From Octopus vulgaris (Eukaryota), in assembly GCA_951406725.2 (NCBI GenBank), contig OX597814.1, forward strand, positions 126,976,001-127,040,000: 64,000 bases of DNA, in the 5' to 3' direction. Shown piece after piece: positions 36,076-50,829 of the stretch. The notes under the pieces were generated by a model, which made no database searches, was not told the origin of the DNA, and saw only the letters and a program-made list of their open reading frames with translations. The translations under genes and the position numbers were made by a program. Every line of letters begins with the position of its first letter. The first letter of the stretch is position 1.

Positions 36076-39000
36076 AGTGACCTACTGGGGTTATTGTTGA
36101 TGATGTTCTGGTCCAACATGAACTGGTCTTCATGACATCTAACTTCGGAGAATGTTTTACCTCTTGGTCATAGATGACACATCTGTATACAAAGGATTTA
36201 GAAGCTGAAGGTTGATGGATAGAGCCAAAAGCACAATATATTGTTTCCTTTTTTGTGTCAGATAAGAATTTGATATGTTAATGGCATTTATACATCTGGA
36301 AGAGAAATGACGAAGTTAAAATTCGTCACATGCACTATAACATGTTAGATTGCTTCCATTCATGGTCTGTTAAAGTTTGTTCAGAAATATTTGGCCCATA
36401 GTGTATTAAAAAGCTGACAGGAAATGATAACAAAGAAAAAAAGAATCCTTTAAATGATTAAATTGTCTCTTAAAGCCAAACCATGGCATTCTTCATCTAT
36501 AAACTTCACTCATTTCTTCATGGTTCAACTGATATTTAAAAAGTTATTTCTAATAACTCCACAAGTTGCATTAGTAAGTTTTCTTCAATGACCTTTGGAT
36601 ATTAAACTCTTCATTTCTTGGATTAGTCCACTGTGAATCGTAAACAAAATTCTACTTCTTTTTAACTGGTTTGCTTTAGTCTAGGTGAGGGATCCACATT
36701 TTCTACCATAGGAATCAAATCCTCAATTATATTGGCAGCTTGTAAACATCATTCTGGTTTGAAACAGTAGCATATCAAACAATCTCTCAGAACAACTCAT
36801 CTCTTTGTAGGTGGAGTTGCTATTAATAACAATCTTTCCAGTTACCATCTTCTAAAATCACAACAAGGTAAGTTTACTCATTAATTTGCTTAGGGTAGCT
36901 TAAACCAGATAGATTTTGAGATAAAAACTTAAGTCAATATGTTCCTTGATAGGGAAAACTTGTCTTAAGGGTATTTTCTTTCCAGAGACAGTCACTTACC
37001 AGAACTTCAATTTTTCAAGGGCAGAAGTTAATTGGTAAATGAATACAAGATGAATATGACACTTATTAGAAATATCAATCCCTGTATTCGAACAGCATTT
37101 CTCTGGATCAGTATTAGATTCTGTTCTACTGACCAAGCAACAGGAATTATGTTTTTACAAGTATGGTGTAGAAAACGTATTGACATCAATCTGTGAAAGA
37201 GTAACAAACTCACCCCTTTCTCCAGAAACCTGAAGTAGTACCTTAGGAAAGTGCTAACAAACTCTCAGGCCAGAGTTACAGTAGGGTCCAGAACCCAGTG
37301 GAACAGACAGAAGTGTGTTATATGCTCTCTACAGCTGTGATGACAAATGATAGTAGTCTGATATTTCCAATTATCTTGGAGGCTTGGTCATTGGTTATCT
37401 CACTATCAAGATCCTGGGTATGATGTTAAACTGTACTCAAGTCCCCAACTAATGGGTGGTCCAGTTGAATGTCACTACATTGACTGGGGCTGGAGTTCCA
37501 GCAGATTCTTTTCTGCATCCTTCAGAATAGGTCTGCCCACATCAGAATAGCATAGCTAGGAGTAGTGACTGCATGATACTCTATTTCATTAAAGGAAGGA
37601 TATCATGTAGCCCAAGTTTATGATGACCATGATTATATTTTTAAGAATTTCACAACCATGAAGTAAATGATTTGTAAATAGCAACCTAAGAAACAGTCTA
37701 AATTTTATTTAAATTCTCAATAAAAATGAGAAAATTATAATTCAATGAGTTTATTCACTTAGTAATTTACAAAGAAACAAATTTAAAAACCATGAACAAA
37801 TTATTTAGACAAACTTTTATTCAAATTAATTTGTCTAATACAGATTTGTAACATTTTATGTAAATTAGTAGCCTTGCAAGAGTAGTGAGTGTTGGTTTGG
37901 TTGACTTTTAAAACCAATCTCTCTCTAACAAATCGACCAAATATCTGCATCACATTACACAAATAACAACAGACTCAATTAGGCTTTCAACTTTTTTTAT
38001 TTTCTAAAATTGTAATTAAATGATTTGTAAATACAATATCTTCACAAGGTAAAAATCAAATATTGCAATACACATTTCAATAGCTACACCCTCTTGTAAA
38101 GTGTTTACACAAGATAGCTGGAAACTAACAGAAACTGAAGATGAGCATATTTTTTAGCCTGGCCTGACTATTTACAAGACTGATTCTTTGTCAAAATATC
38201 ACAGACTAAAATTTTGGGTTAACCTAAACTGTTTTGAGTGATCATTATTTTAAAGCTTCTTTATCAAACAATAAACGACAATAACTTAATACAGAGATTA
38301 AAATGACAAAAATGAAATAAAAATAAATTTTTCTTCATTCAGTTATGTCAGAATTATAAGACCTGAAGTCACTTTAAAGCTAGCCAAATTTCTGCAGTAC
38401 AGTTTATGTGTATATACACACACACAATAGACAAGAACTTACATGCTTGCAGTTCTATATGCTGTGCATAAAGGATATGTACAACTGTTCATAGGATAGC
38501 TGGGAGGCCACACCAGTCATTAAAAAAGAGACACAGACTGAATGGTAATGAATCCAATGAGTTGGGATAAATAAATCAGACATTAAATCAGAGCACAAGA
38601 AGAACCTATACATTTTACACCAATAGCACCCATTTCAAAAAGTCTGTCACTTTCTATAGATACAATGTTGCTAGCCACAGTTATTTCTGTTTCTTAACAA
38701 CATCTCCAACTATCTTTACTATCACAATTGTACATGATATTGCTAAAGATTAAGTAGGCAGTGAAACTATCATCTAATCTCTGTATTTAAACCAAATTAA
38801 CATTGAAAAAAGTGAAGTAGAAGATTCTAAGACAAAACAAAAAACAAAAAAAAATCAGTGAAATAAAACAGAGTTATGTTTAAAACACCTAAGGGTTTGA
38901 TTGGAAATACTGACAATGAAATCCATAAATCAACACTTCAGTTTATTAGAAATGCTAAGCTGTTGGGTGAGCAATTGTTCTACTTCGCTGGAATCTCACA

Positions 39001-41652
39001 CTTATTTCATTTAAGTCTCCAATTGGTCTCAGTTTTGTTACTGTGCTCTTAGAGTGAACTCAAAACCATTGAATACATCTGAGCTTAGTTTGCCAATGGA
39101 AAGAGTTACATAGTTATTTCTGAAGGGCTAGACATTAGTGAGACAGTTAAGGTGAGAATTGCAGAGTAAGAAAGAAGTGAGTATATTGTCAGGGCATGTT
39201 ATACAGATGGAAAGACCAAAAGCATAGAGATAGGGGACACATAGTACAGTAGTCTATTTCTTTTCTAGACCAGTACCAAGACATCAGTATAGTATTTATC
39301 AATAAGATTGTTTAATAATAAGCAACTTAGTTTTGTTCTTTCATTGCAATATGGCTATTTGGTACCATGGTCAGTTTGTTCAGCTTAGGTCTATTTCAAA
39401 TGAATCAGTATTAATTGGACAAAGCAGTGTTCTCTTTATTTACAAGTAATATCAAGAGTCTATTTACAAGTAAAACCAATAGTATGAACAGATTCTATGA
39501 GCAATGTTACATATACAGTGCTTAACAGTATATCTACTGGTTTTGTATTAGCTCACTCGAGTGTTTGTCTTGACATCAAATTATATTAACTGACCATCAT
39601 TAATTCATGTTGAAACACTTATAGCTGGTTATTCCAAATGTTCTATTTGACAGCTGGATAAAACTTTATTAAATCTCTTCAAATTCTTTATTATGCAACA
39701 AATCAACTGACTGCTTAAGTTAAAGTCAAGTATTCAACTAAGAAATGAGAATATCTATTTTTCACCTAAATAAATAAAGAGATCTGTAGTTTAATGTAAC
39801 CGTATCTTCTTTGTGTAGTATTTATAAAATGTTAGAGGGGACACCATAACATCACACAAACTGCTATTAGTAATATGACTACTGTCTTAGTAGTAATCAG
39901 ATATTTTTTTAGAAAATATCTGTTATGAAAGCAGCATAATTCTACAGATTAAAATTTTTCTAAAACAAAAATATCTAAAATGGAATACTTTGGTTGAAAT
40001 GGCTGACATCTCTCACACTACTCGTTAAAAGAGGGCTATAAATTATTAATTGATGTTGTTGATAGGAATGTAGCATAAGAACATCCAAAGACGCAGTCAT
40101 CAGCAAAATTATAATGATATTAATAATAATTTGTTTAGTAATTTAAATAACAAGGAGTTATGAATTTAAGCCCAATGTGTATGTATGTGTGTAACACAAA
40201 ACCTAGTGATTTTGAGAGAAATGAAACATGGGGAAGAATCTATTAACAGTATACATAGATTACCTTGATGATTATGATGATTTGGAAAAATATACAAGAA
40301 ACAGACTGTTCCTTCAGATATAGATGTTTACAATGGGCATCTTACATACAAAGTATAAAACCTGAGATTTCAGTTTGGATGTATAAAAGTGGGGTTGGAA
40401 ATTGTGATGTTTATTCCTTTCTTAAAAGCAGAAGTAGCCAGACACTGAGATCAAGATGTAAATGATATATTTCAATAGCTGTTTAGATGACTCATAAGAA
40501 GATTGTGGTGAAATATTACAAGAGGTTTTATATTCTGGGTGAAAACATTAAATGAAATTGTGAGGGGCAAATGAATTTTTGAAAGAAAATGGATGGAGAA
40601 AGAGCATATCCAGAAGATGTCAAATAAATAAGCATGTAAAATAGTCAAGCAAGTAACGAAATAGACTACCCAACTGCCATGTTCATTATATGCAATGCAG
40701 CGTATTTGGAAAAGGTTTCATCATTTTACATCTAGCTCTCTATGCTGGTTTGTTTGAGACCCTTTCTAATACTAAGCACCCAACTGTGAGGGAGGAGAAA
40801 AATCTGATTATTTACAATGATAATGATGAATTTTCTTAACATGGACAATTTTGTGAGAAGAATATATAAATTGATTATATCCAGTATATTTAATCTGACA
40901 TTGGTAGGGTTTGAACATTAGTAACATAAGTTACTACTACACTCTGGCAACTTTTATTATGATGATGATAAATTTATTGTCATTAGGCAAGAAGGACAAT
41001 CGTAGTAAGGTGTTCACTGACTCAAAATAGCATATAACAAGCAGTATTTTTAATTACTACTTGGGGGTTAAATCATCTGCTGTTGAAATTATATATTGAA
41101 TAACATTACTGTGTTGTCTTAACCAGCTCTTTTAGTAAATTCTCAAGATAATAGAATGGATACTCTACCAGCTATAATTTAAGTATCACATTTTCTGAAG
41201 TTTAAATTTTACCACAGTTGACTTTGTGCATTGTTAAAAGTAATCTACAGAACAAAATACCAAAGTTTCCCTCTTTGAACATTGACAAGAAAATCTCTAA
41301 TTCAGATTAGACAATCTTGAAAGGATAAAAGGCAAAGCTGAACTCGATGGTATATGAAATTGGTACGCAAAGAGATATAACTAAATATAGTATAATTAAT
41401 ACATGTCTAATGTGTTATCCATTCCACTGTAAAAATAAAAATAACAAGAACTTCTAATATAGGTACAAGGACACGTACTTAACTGGTACTTATTTTATCA
41501 AATTCAGAAAGATGAAAGACAAAGTCAAGCCAGACGGGAATTAAACTCAGAATATAATTAAATGACACAAGGTATTGTTTCCTGCCACTAACAATTCTGT
41601 CAAACACAGCCTTCTATATACAACTATGAATACTTCTAATGATTATAATAAT

Positions 41653-41864
41653 CCTTTCTACTGGAGGCACAAGGCCTCAAATTTGGCAGGAGGGGACTAG
41701 TTGATCACATCAACCCCATTGTTTCACTAGTAGTTAATTTATCGACCCCAAACGGATGAAAGGTGAAGTCGACCTTGATGCAATTTGAACTCAGAACATA
41801 GTGACGGGCGAAATACTGCTAAGCATTTTGTCTAGCATGCTAATGATTCTGCCTGCTCGCTGCC
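41653..41864 (-). mobile_element. Family A SINE
   Basis: 19-bp TSD TTCTAATGATTATAATAAT (41634-41652 / 41865-41883); another intact copy at about 50195-50405 (-). Confidence 0.9.
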
Positions 41865-43060
41865 TTCTAATGATTATAATAATTACTGTCTAACCATGAA
41901 ATGTACACTTTTAGTATTTTTATCTTAGAACAGTAGTGACTAAGTGAAAAACACACAAAACAAATTTAAAAAACATAACAAAGGGAGTCATGATAGAATC
42001 TAATAAACCAATACCTCCAAAACTAGCTGCTTATAACAGTGATGAGATCCAATGTATAATGGTAGGCAAATGTACAGCCTCATGAAAAAAGTTCAGGTGT
42101 AAGGTTTTAAGTGAATGTTATGGTAAAGATGGGTGTCTGTTTAAAAAAATATTCTGTATGCATCTTATTCTATACTACTAACAATTACAAATTAACAACT
42201 GCTGCTCTAAAAGACTTGTTAAGCCAACTGAGAGCAAGCAATCTGCCTTTATCAAGGACACAATATGTTAGAGAATAAGCTGGAAGTTATAACACAGAAG
42301 CCTATCTGGACTATATGCTTCATTATCAGGTGATAAATTGTACATAAAAATTGATATATACCTTCTGTTTTCTCAAGAAAGATACAAAAGACAGATCTAT
42401 CACCATTTTATAACAGATCTCATGAGATAAGGTAAACATTTGCAGTGGTGCAGAAAAAATTCAATCCATTGATTCTCTGGCACCAATATGTGTTAAATTT
42501 GAGACAATGTTATATAGTGTTATTTAACATTGTTCTCTGCAGTTTTTATTATAATGGATTTTATGGAATAAAACTTTGTGGTAAAATGCCTTCAGCAAGC
42601 ACTATACCAGATAATATACAAGTTAAAACTGAAATAATTTACAACCAATAGTTTGCATGTGATATAAAAACAACAACGGAAACAAAACAATATTTCCCTT
42701 CATCAGTCACAATGAGAATGTCTGTCTGTTGAAAAAAAAAAGCAAAAAACAATTTGCTCACTGGAGGAAATTCTTCAACATACATGAATCAGGAAAGTAT
42801 TTCATGAATGAGTGATCAATGCTAGTAAGATGATAGATTTGTGGAGATGATTTAGTAGTAAGACAGTGAAGGTAAATGTCAGTTTTGAAGATCTATTTTT
42901 TTTTTGAAGATCTATTTTTTTCTGTCAAACATAACATGTATATGTTATGTTTGATTAAAATAATTCAGACTTTCAGTGCAGTATTGCTTCATGTAATTCA
43001 TAGTATAACAGGGAAATATGATCAAGTATAATGTTGAACAGAAAATAGTGTATCTCAGAA

Positions 43061-43632
43061 TCAATAACGATTACTGATCCCTATTGAAGATGGATTAGGT
43101 CTGCTTGCCAAATTTTGGTTCATGCCCATGTTAGGCATTTGTGAAGCCCGCTGTGGACCCCATTGTGGGCTGTGTCGGTCCATAGGACTAGGTCCAGAAT
43201 TATTGGTTGGAAAACGGGGATGATTTTTCACTCCACCAAATGGTGAATTATCACTTCTTTGAGGTAAAGATAGCCCTTTTGCTACAGCAGTAATATTTTC
43301 AAGGATATTAGGCCCACTCTGCATCAAATTGTCAAGAGCCCTTTTAACAGTAGGGTTTTCAAAGTTGATAAAAGCTTTCATATTTGAAGGATTTCCAAAA
43401 AATTCAGGGGGAACATCTTCCATATTGCTCGTTGCAGCATCAGATTTAGTACGAAGAGGATTGAGCAGTGATGATGACTGTCCATCAGCAGAGTTATCTC
43501 CAGCGGTATTAGAAGTAATCATACTTAATATTTTAGATTGAAAATCTGTATCTTTCTGCTGGTTGGGATGCTGTAACAGCATTTTGCTATCATTTCTTCG
43601 CTTATCCTCTTCGGCTCTAAAGCCACCTGAAC
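43061..43632 (-). CDS. NCOA5: NCOA5-like last coding exon
   Basis: ccttcag acceptor; contains FQSKILSM and INFENPTVKRALDNLMQSGP (human INFDNPSVQKALDTLIQSGP); ends SNRY-stop. Confidence 0.95.
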
Positions 43633-44139
43633 CTGAAGGACAAAAAGATAAACTGAACCACTATTTTACTAATATTGTTATCAATATACAGTATATGTCC
43701 ATAATAAAATTTGACAAAGATAAGGGAAATAATTGTTGTTCACTGATACCAACTTATAGTTTGTACCTTCGGCTTCCCAACAATGTTTTCTTTTGGAATA
43801 CATTTTAGATATGATATTTTTATTCTCTGTGGATATTTGATAACAACAAACATACACAGAGAAATAAAAGGAATATTTCTGACAAAGAAGAATGCAATAG
43901 TGAAGTAAAGAAATCATGAATTTAGTTGGAGCCTGATTGTAAGATAGAGAACAAGATGCACTAGAAAAGAAACAAAAATAATAATGAAGTCCCAGTTTCT
44001 TCTAAATATACTGCCTCTAAGTGTTTTCTACTGACACATAGCTTTCACCAAATTCCAGCTTTCTCTTTCTCTGCGAGTAATATCAGTAAAAATTGTAGTT
44101 AATATAAAATTCATAACAAGGAGATAATAATGCTGTTAA

Positions 44140-46980
44140 TGTTCCACTTACATTGAGACAAGGAAAAACACGAGTACTGCATTCTGAGGTGGAAGGGCTT
44201 GGTGTCTCTCATCACCCATGTTGGACACAGCACAAAAAATACGAGGAGGTAGAGAAAACACAGAGACAGAATGCAGCACATCTGTTGGCCAAAGGCTTGA
44301 GTGGTCAGTGAGTGACTTTACACCAACCAGTTGAGTAGCTTTCTCTGTATGGGAAACAGCAGCATTGTCCCTGATGTTAGAGCAATACTCCACTGTCGGC
44401 CTCATGTAAGCTTTGCAGAATGCCAGTAATTTTTGGGAACTGAAGTATTTTTTGGCTCCCAAAAGAATCAGTCCTTGAGATACAGTTCTAGTTATGTTAA
44501 CAACATGATTTTGCCATAGGAGATTCTTGGTAATACTGAAGTCTAAAGTTTGGAATGATCATGAAGGTTCTAGTTACTCTTTAGGGTGAGATGCAATAAT
44601 GTTTTCTTTATCTGAATAGTAGTTTTGTTATTTTTTGCCATTGAAAGAGACAAAATCATATATCCCCACTGGAGGATAAGGTCCAGGTCATTGTTCATGG
44701 AGTCAGTGCAGATTTTATGTATGGTATCTAAGGTGCATGAAGATGATATTTGGTTAGAGAAGAATGACATGCAGTACCTTCTGCAAAGAGTGGACATTAT
44801 TGGACATGACAGAAAGAGCTCTTTCAACACACCATGATAGTACAATCTAATGAGATTCACAAAGCAAACACTGTTGATTTCTTTACTTCACCATTGCTAA
44901 TGCTGAGGATAACAACACTGCATTCACCAAATTTCTCTTGGATGAGACTCCATTAGTGAGTGATATAGGAGAGGTCTCCAGTAGTTGAATCAAGTTATAT
45001 AGAAGCTGGAATTGAGAACACTATTGTATATGGCTGTCTCCATTACATATGTGATAATGAAAGTGAATGTGATAGGGTCAGAGCAGTACTCTTCTTGAGA
45101 ATGGGATATATGCAAACTGTAGTGTGTTTCTAAAGATTTAGTTATCTGTTGTGAGGGAGAGTATGCAGAGTTAGGTTTGCTCCTATAGGAGCAAACTTTC
45201 AGGTGCATTGTTTGATAGAAATGGAAAAGACATTGTCACTGTAGATGGCCTTATTAGTTTGAAGTGACAGGAGGTATCTTTTTGAAGCTTGGAGATGGAT
45301 GCAAAGCAGGTAGTTGAAGCAAAATCATTCTTGCAAATACTGCTCATAAAACTACCATGATTGAAAAGAAAAGTTAAAAAATGATTTTGTAAAATTGGTG
45401 GATATCATTAAGGCAAGAGACCAGAAGGATTGGTTATAGTTTGAGTGGTGGAGAGCTCAAGAGTGGTGTGATGCATGGAAGTATCCTTGACAGCTCAGAG
45501 AGTGGTCTTGCAAGAGTTTTTGTGCTAATCATCATCATCGTTTAATGTCCGCTTTCCATGCTAGCATGGGTTGGATGATGTAACTGAGGACTGGTGAACC
45601 AGATGGCTGCACCAGGCTCCAATCTGATCTGGCAGAGTTTCTACAGCCAGATGCCCCTTCCTAACGCCAACCACGCCAAGAGTGTGGTGGGTGCTTTTAT
45701 GTGCCACCGGCATGAGGGCCAGTTAGGTGGTACTGGCAATGGCCATGCTCAAGTGGTCTTTTTTACATGCTAGCTGCACAGGAGCCAATCCAGCAGCACT
45801 AGCAACAACCTCGCTCAAATGTTTTTCATGTGCCACTGGCACGGAAGCCAGTCAGCTGCTCTGGCAGCAATCATGCTCGGATGGTGCTCTTAGTGCTCCA
45901 CTGGCATGGGTGCCGGTCATTGAATTTGATTTGCCATTTAGTTTTTATTGAAGGATGAGTTTCTCTAGTCATTACTACGCTGTTGTGTTCCTTGAACAGT
46001 TGCAATGCTGCTATGAGTGAACTAATCAGAGGACACAGAGTATCAGTTTTTGTTGTGGAGGGACATTTCTAAGAGAATAGTTTCAGTTACACATCAGTTT
46101 CTGATACAGCAGGAGTGAAGCACATGTGTTGTTAGGGATAGTTAGAATAAATATAGAGAGGAGGGTTATGATACGGTAGAGGTTAGATTCGGAAGCAAGA
46201 AGGAAGTTAAGGCTATCTGGAGTGTCTGTGTGTTGGTCAAGGAGCATGACATAAAGGATGAAATAACTTGATGTAGAAAACTGAGGATTATAAAAGAATC
46301 CATTTCTCCACCAGTAGCATTGGTGTGGTATATGTGTAAGAACCAAAAAGAATTGTAGCATTGATATTACTGAAGATGATGACTTTGGAGAGGTAGTGAA
46401 GTGAAATGATGTGGCCTAAAATGCAGGAGTAGATATATTAGGAATAGTGAAGGAGAGAGATTTTAAGTCAGATTAACTGGAAATTGTCATTGCTGATATT
46501 CAAGTGAGAAAGATGAGTGACAGTGGAGTGGAAGTGAAGTCAAGATGTATGCAGATACCATCTTTTGGTGTGAAGTTTAAACAAAAAGTGTAGCCTGTAC
46601 AGCAGAGATGTCTGTAGGTAAGGGTTGAGAAATTTGTGCCTTGGCAAGAGGCAGCATGTTTTTCAGAAGTGATGAAAGGATCTGGGTTGGAACAAAGTTC
46701 ATGAATGTTGTTCAGTAGATTTAGTTCTGGGAAAGTGTAAAAGGCAATGCTGTGTTGATAAGTCATGGAAAACTCCAGCTGGAAATCTGGTTTGAATGCA
46801 AGCAACAGAAAAAATTCCACTAAACACATTTGTGGGCCAGGTAGTGTTCAACAGAGTGGCATGACATGTTTTAACATGCCTATCACTCAGAAAAAAAGAT
46901 GGATGCCCTATGCTGTTTATAACAGGACTAAGAAGAATGGTGGCCAAAACAAGAGGCAAGCAAGATGTCTGTAACCCCAA
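44140..46980 (-). mobile_element. Decayed CR1/L2/Jockey-group LINE in last NCOA5 intron
   Basis: FCKAYMRPTVEYCSNI and MNNDLDLILQWG remnants; interrupted by an RTE tail at 45528-45930; 5' part shares TCTGTTGC..GCATTCAA.CCAGATTTCC with 24970-25000. Confidence 0.7.
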
Positions 46981-47719
46981 TGTTTTTTTAACAACAGTAT
47001 TTATTTATTCATTCAGATGGCAGTTTGTAGATTGTGTTTTAAGGGCAGCACTAGCAGAAATAGAGAGAAAAGAGTGAGAGAGAGAGAGATAGAGAATGAA
47101 AGGAACAGGCAGAGACAAAGAGAGAAATTGATCTTGTTAACTGCCAGTAGTTGATACCACTTGTAAATAAGATTGCAACTCTTCTAGATCCATTAGAAAT
47201 TCAAAGGAGGAAAAAAAAATTTAAGGATACTGTTGTCTCATTTCTGCAGAGCTTATTTACATTCTTTTCCCCATTAATCTTGTATCTGTACATAATAGAA
47301 TGACACTGTTATCTGTAAAGATTTGGTTGGAAGTATATTTCATTTACTTTTTTTTTGTCTTTGGATTTAATCCTTGTCTGTATATCCTGGTGAAATAGTC
47401 AAGTTATTTTGCTAAGGTGTGGTTGTTCTGTTTCTATCTCAGAAAATATACTGGTTGAGTTGGGTCAAATACGAGACCTATATGACAGGGCAGTATTGAC
47501 AATGAACAGTTAAAATTTCCCACAGATAGTAATTAGCGGAGTTTATGTAACGACTTCTCACACTCATTTTCGATGTAAGAATTCTAAGAAGGGAGTGGAG
47601 AAAGGAGGAAGAACAATATAAGATGGAAAAAGAATCAAAAGTATTTTTTTTAAATGCTTTGCATAATCTGGTGTGCCAAAAGATTATATTCCACAGAAAA
47701 AGACAAAAACAGAACTGAC

Positions 47720-47989
47720 CTTCTGAGGAAGCAGATTGCATGTTCATCTCCATCATCTTCTTCTTTCGGTTAGAGACATACAGCAACACTTTATCCAATT
47801 CTTCAATTGAGAGATGGCGGCTATCAGCTAATAGATCTAACAAATATCTGATCTCAAATGAAGGTGGATCAAATACTTGAGTTGGTGCAGGTTTTGAAGA
47901 ATTGCTTTCCTCTTTCATTTGTTGGAGATAACGTTCAAAGTTGCGTGCTACAAGATTCATAGCATCAGCTAATGGCATATTTCTGTGCT
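47720..47989 (-). CDS. NCOA5: NCOA5-like exon (EHRNMP signature, LxxLL)
   Basis: EHRNMPLADAMNLVARNFERY...YLLDLLADSRHLSIEELDKV, matching human EHRNMPQADAMVLVARNYERY and LINLLADNRYL. Confidence 0.96.
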
Positions 47990-48483
47990 CTATTGAAAAA
48001 TAAGAACATTTTATGAGTAAGAAATGGTCTTCATTTAAGCTTACAAATATTAGCTACAATAATTAACATTAGTGTAAAATATGAACTGTCACTGGCACAA
48101 AGAATTGTTCCTGCTTTAATTACAACAGAAATGAAAAATATTAGCATAAAGGGCTAAAATTGAATTTTCTCACAGCAGAAAGAACGATTTATGTGAAAAT
48201 TAAATATGCAATCTTTATCTGGACAAAGTGGCTTATCAATACCAGTAATATATATATATATATATATATATATTAATATTTACACTACTGAATTTTAGCC
48301 CTCTCCATCCATCATAAAAATATCCTATCAAAAGTGCACAGCTTAGAATTGGAAGTAAGACATTCTATATTTATTGTTCCATCTAACACAAGTTGAATAG
48401 TTTTGTAAATTTAAATGGCTCATGGGAACAAAGAAATGTAAAGTCAATACGCAAAATAAGAATGGTTTTTAAAACTAACTTAC

Positions 48484-48683
48484 CTTGTGGAGTACCTGGA
48501 AATATATGCAAGGTTAATGAATTATAAACTTCATTTTGTGGACATATGATAATGACATATAATACTCCTTGTCGAGCTTTTTCTTCCACAAAATTCATTT
48601 GAGGAGAATCCTCAGGAATTACACAGATCTCAGCACTCATGTTGAAATTTTCCAATCTTCTTTTTAAATGATCAGCATAGTCT
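48484..48683 (-). CDS. NCOA5: NCOA5-like exon (anticodon-binding-like fold)
   Basis: DYADHLKRRLENFNMSAEICV...NSLTLHIFPGTPQ, alignable to human DYAESVGRKV...SCTVNIMFGTPQ. Confidence 0.93.
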
Positions 48684-49663
48684 CTATAAGAGAAATGTAA
48701 TAGTTGAAGTTAAGGAAATTTTTATGAGGTTCCTAATTAGCTATATATTATTACTCCAATTATATTATCAATATAATTATCAACAGAATTATCTAAAACT
48801 TAATATGAAATAACTGAATATAATAATATCCAGCATCTCAATTTTTACTTTTCTGAATATAATGTAATTATTGGTTATACTGATAGACACAATATAACCC
48901 AGTGGTTAAGAAGTTCACTTCACAATCACAAAGTCTCAGGTTCAATCCTACTGCATGGCATCATGGAAAGTTTCTTTTCCCACAGCATTGGGTTGATTAA
49001 AGCCTTATTAGTGGAATTGCACTGAAGCCTGTCCTGAGACCCTGAACTCATAAGGATAGAGCTTAACCTGGTTCCCATTGCATATAAATCAGTGAGATTA
49101 CAACATTCTTCCTGCTTGAATGGCATGCTGCTCTATCACAGGATTAACTTCCCAGCTATTGTTGGAACTCATTTTTACAGCTGAATGAACTGGAGCAATG
49201 TGAAATGGAGTGTTTTGCTCAAGAACACAATGTACTACCCACTCTGGGAACTGAAACCATGAGGCCGGGTGCTTTTACCATATAAATTGCATCTATAGTT
49301 TAAAGACCCAGCCTTTCTCATTAATCCCATCTAAGAACAGCCAATTCAACTAATTTAAAAGAAACATTCAAACAATTGCAGTTGAATGCTGAAGTCAACT
49401 CCTCCTACTTTCTAAACTTTTCATTAACAGTTTACATCATAGGGGACAAACTGAAAGTTTAAGATATTTCTTTAATCTTTATATTGGTAAAGCTTTAAGA
49501 TCTGGGTTAATAATTCTATTTACCTCACACATAATGAACATACAGTAGACTCTACACACTTGTAAGACAAAAAAATCCACACAGAATAAGCAGGTATGTA
49601 TGTACTCATGAACATACACACATATACAGGTGATTAAGTAAAAATTCAAGTGCAAAAATTTAC

Positions 49664-49780
49664 CTCAGCTGTGGACTTGTAATCAATAAAGAAGCATCAA
49701 ATGTTGGTCTTTGTGGTGGAGCATTATTGGAATAAGGAGGATTGTCATTAAAAGGAGGACGGGTCCAGTTATTAGCTTCC
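49664..49780 (-). CDS. NCOA5: NCOA5-like exon
   Basis: ttgacag acceptor; EANNWTRPPFNDNPPYSNNAPPQRPTFDASLLITSPQL(R); gtaaat donor; 117 nt, phase 2-2. Confidence 0.87.
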
Positions 49781-50446
49781 CTGTCAAAAGAATCAGGTCT
49801 GTGAAAAAACAATTAACACGAAAACAAATTTTTAACCAATAGGTCCGCAAGGAAAATTTATAGATATCCTCTTGTATTTCATGACCAAAAATGGTCAATA
49901 ATTCACTTGATTTTAAAGTAAAAATCGTGTGAAGATCTATAGTGCATAAATGATGAGCAGATTTACTTAATCCAGCTTTGTTACCACACTAGCTTAAAAT
50001 AATCATTGTTTAAGTGGATGTGATATTTACATGAAAATAATTAGCAATAACAGCAGTAAAATGTCTTAAATATTAGCATAAGGATGGAGTTTGAAAGTTA
50101 CAATGATCTCTTAAGAAAAAAAAAAAAAAAAATGAAATCTATGGCTTTTCGAAAGCATTTTTGAAAATATTCTATAGTAACAGAGACTTATAATATATCT
50201 TTTTCTACTTTAGGCAAAAGGCCTGAAATTTTGTGGGAGGAGGCCCAGCCAATTAAATTGACCCCAGTATGCAGCTGGTACTTAATTTATCGACCCTGAA
50301 AGGATGAAAGGCAAAGTCAACCTCAGCGGAATTTGAACTCAGAACGTAAAGACAGACGAAATACCACCAAGCATTTCACCCTGCATGTTAACGTTTCTGC
50401 CAGCTTGATATAATTGTATTTACATTTGAAGCAAAATTAAAATTAA

Positions 50447-50623
50447 CCCTTTTGTTACACCGCCTTTGTTTCAATTAAATTTTATAACAAGGAATTTAGT
50501 AAAATTACAGTCATTATCAAACTGCTGTTTGGAATATCACTTTGATTTTAATTTCATCACCTTTAAGCAGGAAATGTATATCACAGAACCAAGGACAGTC
50601 TCGACTGGGTTAATATCAAATGG
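50447..50623. mobile_element. Decayed TTAA MITE (second copy at about 50960-51165)
   Basis: TTAA-CCCTTTTGTTAC start; internal tttagtaaaat...gtcattat..aagctg block shared with the 6672 copy; GG-TTAA end. Confidence 0.7.
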
Positions 50624-50679
50624 TTAAATGTTAATATTTAGATCAAAACTAAACATTTATAAATAAAACAATGTCCAAC

Positions 50680-50829
50680 CTCGAACGATTATCTCGATAT
50701 TCATCATAATATTGATTTCCCATTGGTCCTTGTTGTGGTGGCTGTTGCTGCTGCTGTGCTGGTGGTTGTTGTAAACGCTGGTTAATGTTTGGTGGGCCAT
50801 TCCATTTATTAGAATTATCAAAGAACTCC
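50680..50829 (-). CDS. NCOA5: NCOA5-like exon (Q/P/N-rich)
   Basis: ttgcag acceptor; EFFDNSNKWNGPPNINQRLQQPPAQQQQQPPQQGPMGNQYYDEYRDNRS(R); 150 nt, phase 2-2. Confidence 0.87.
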
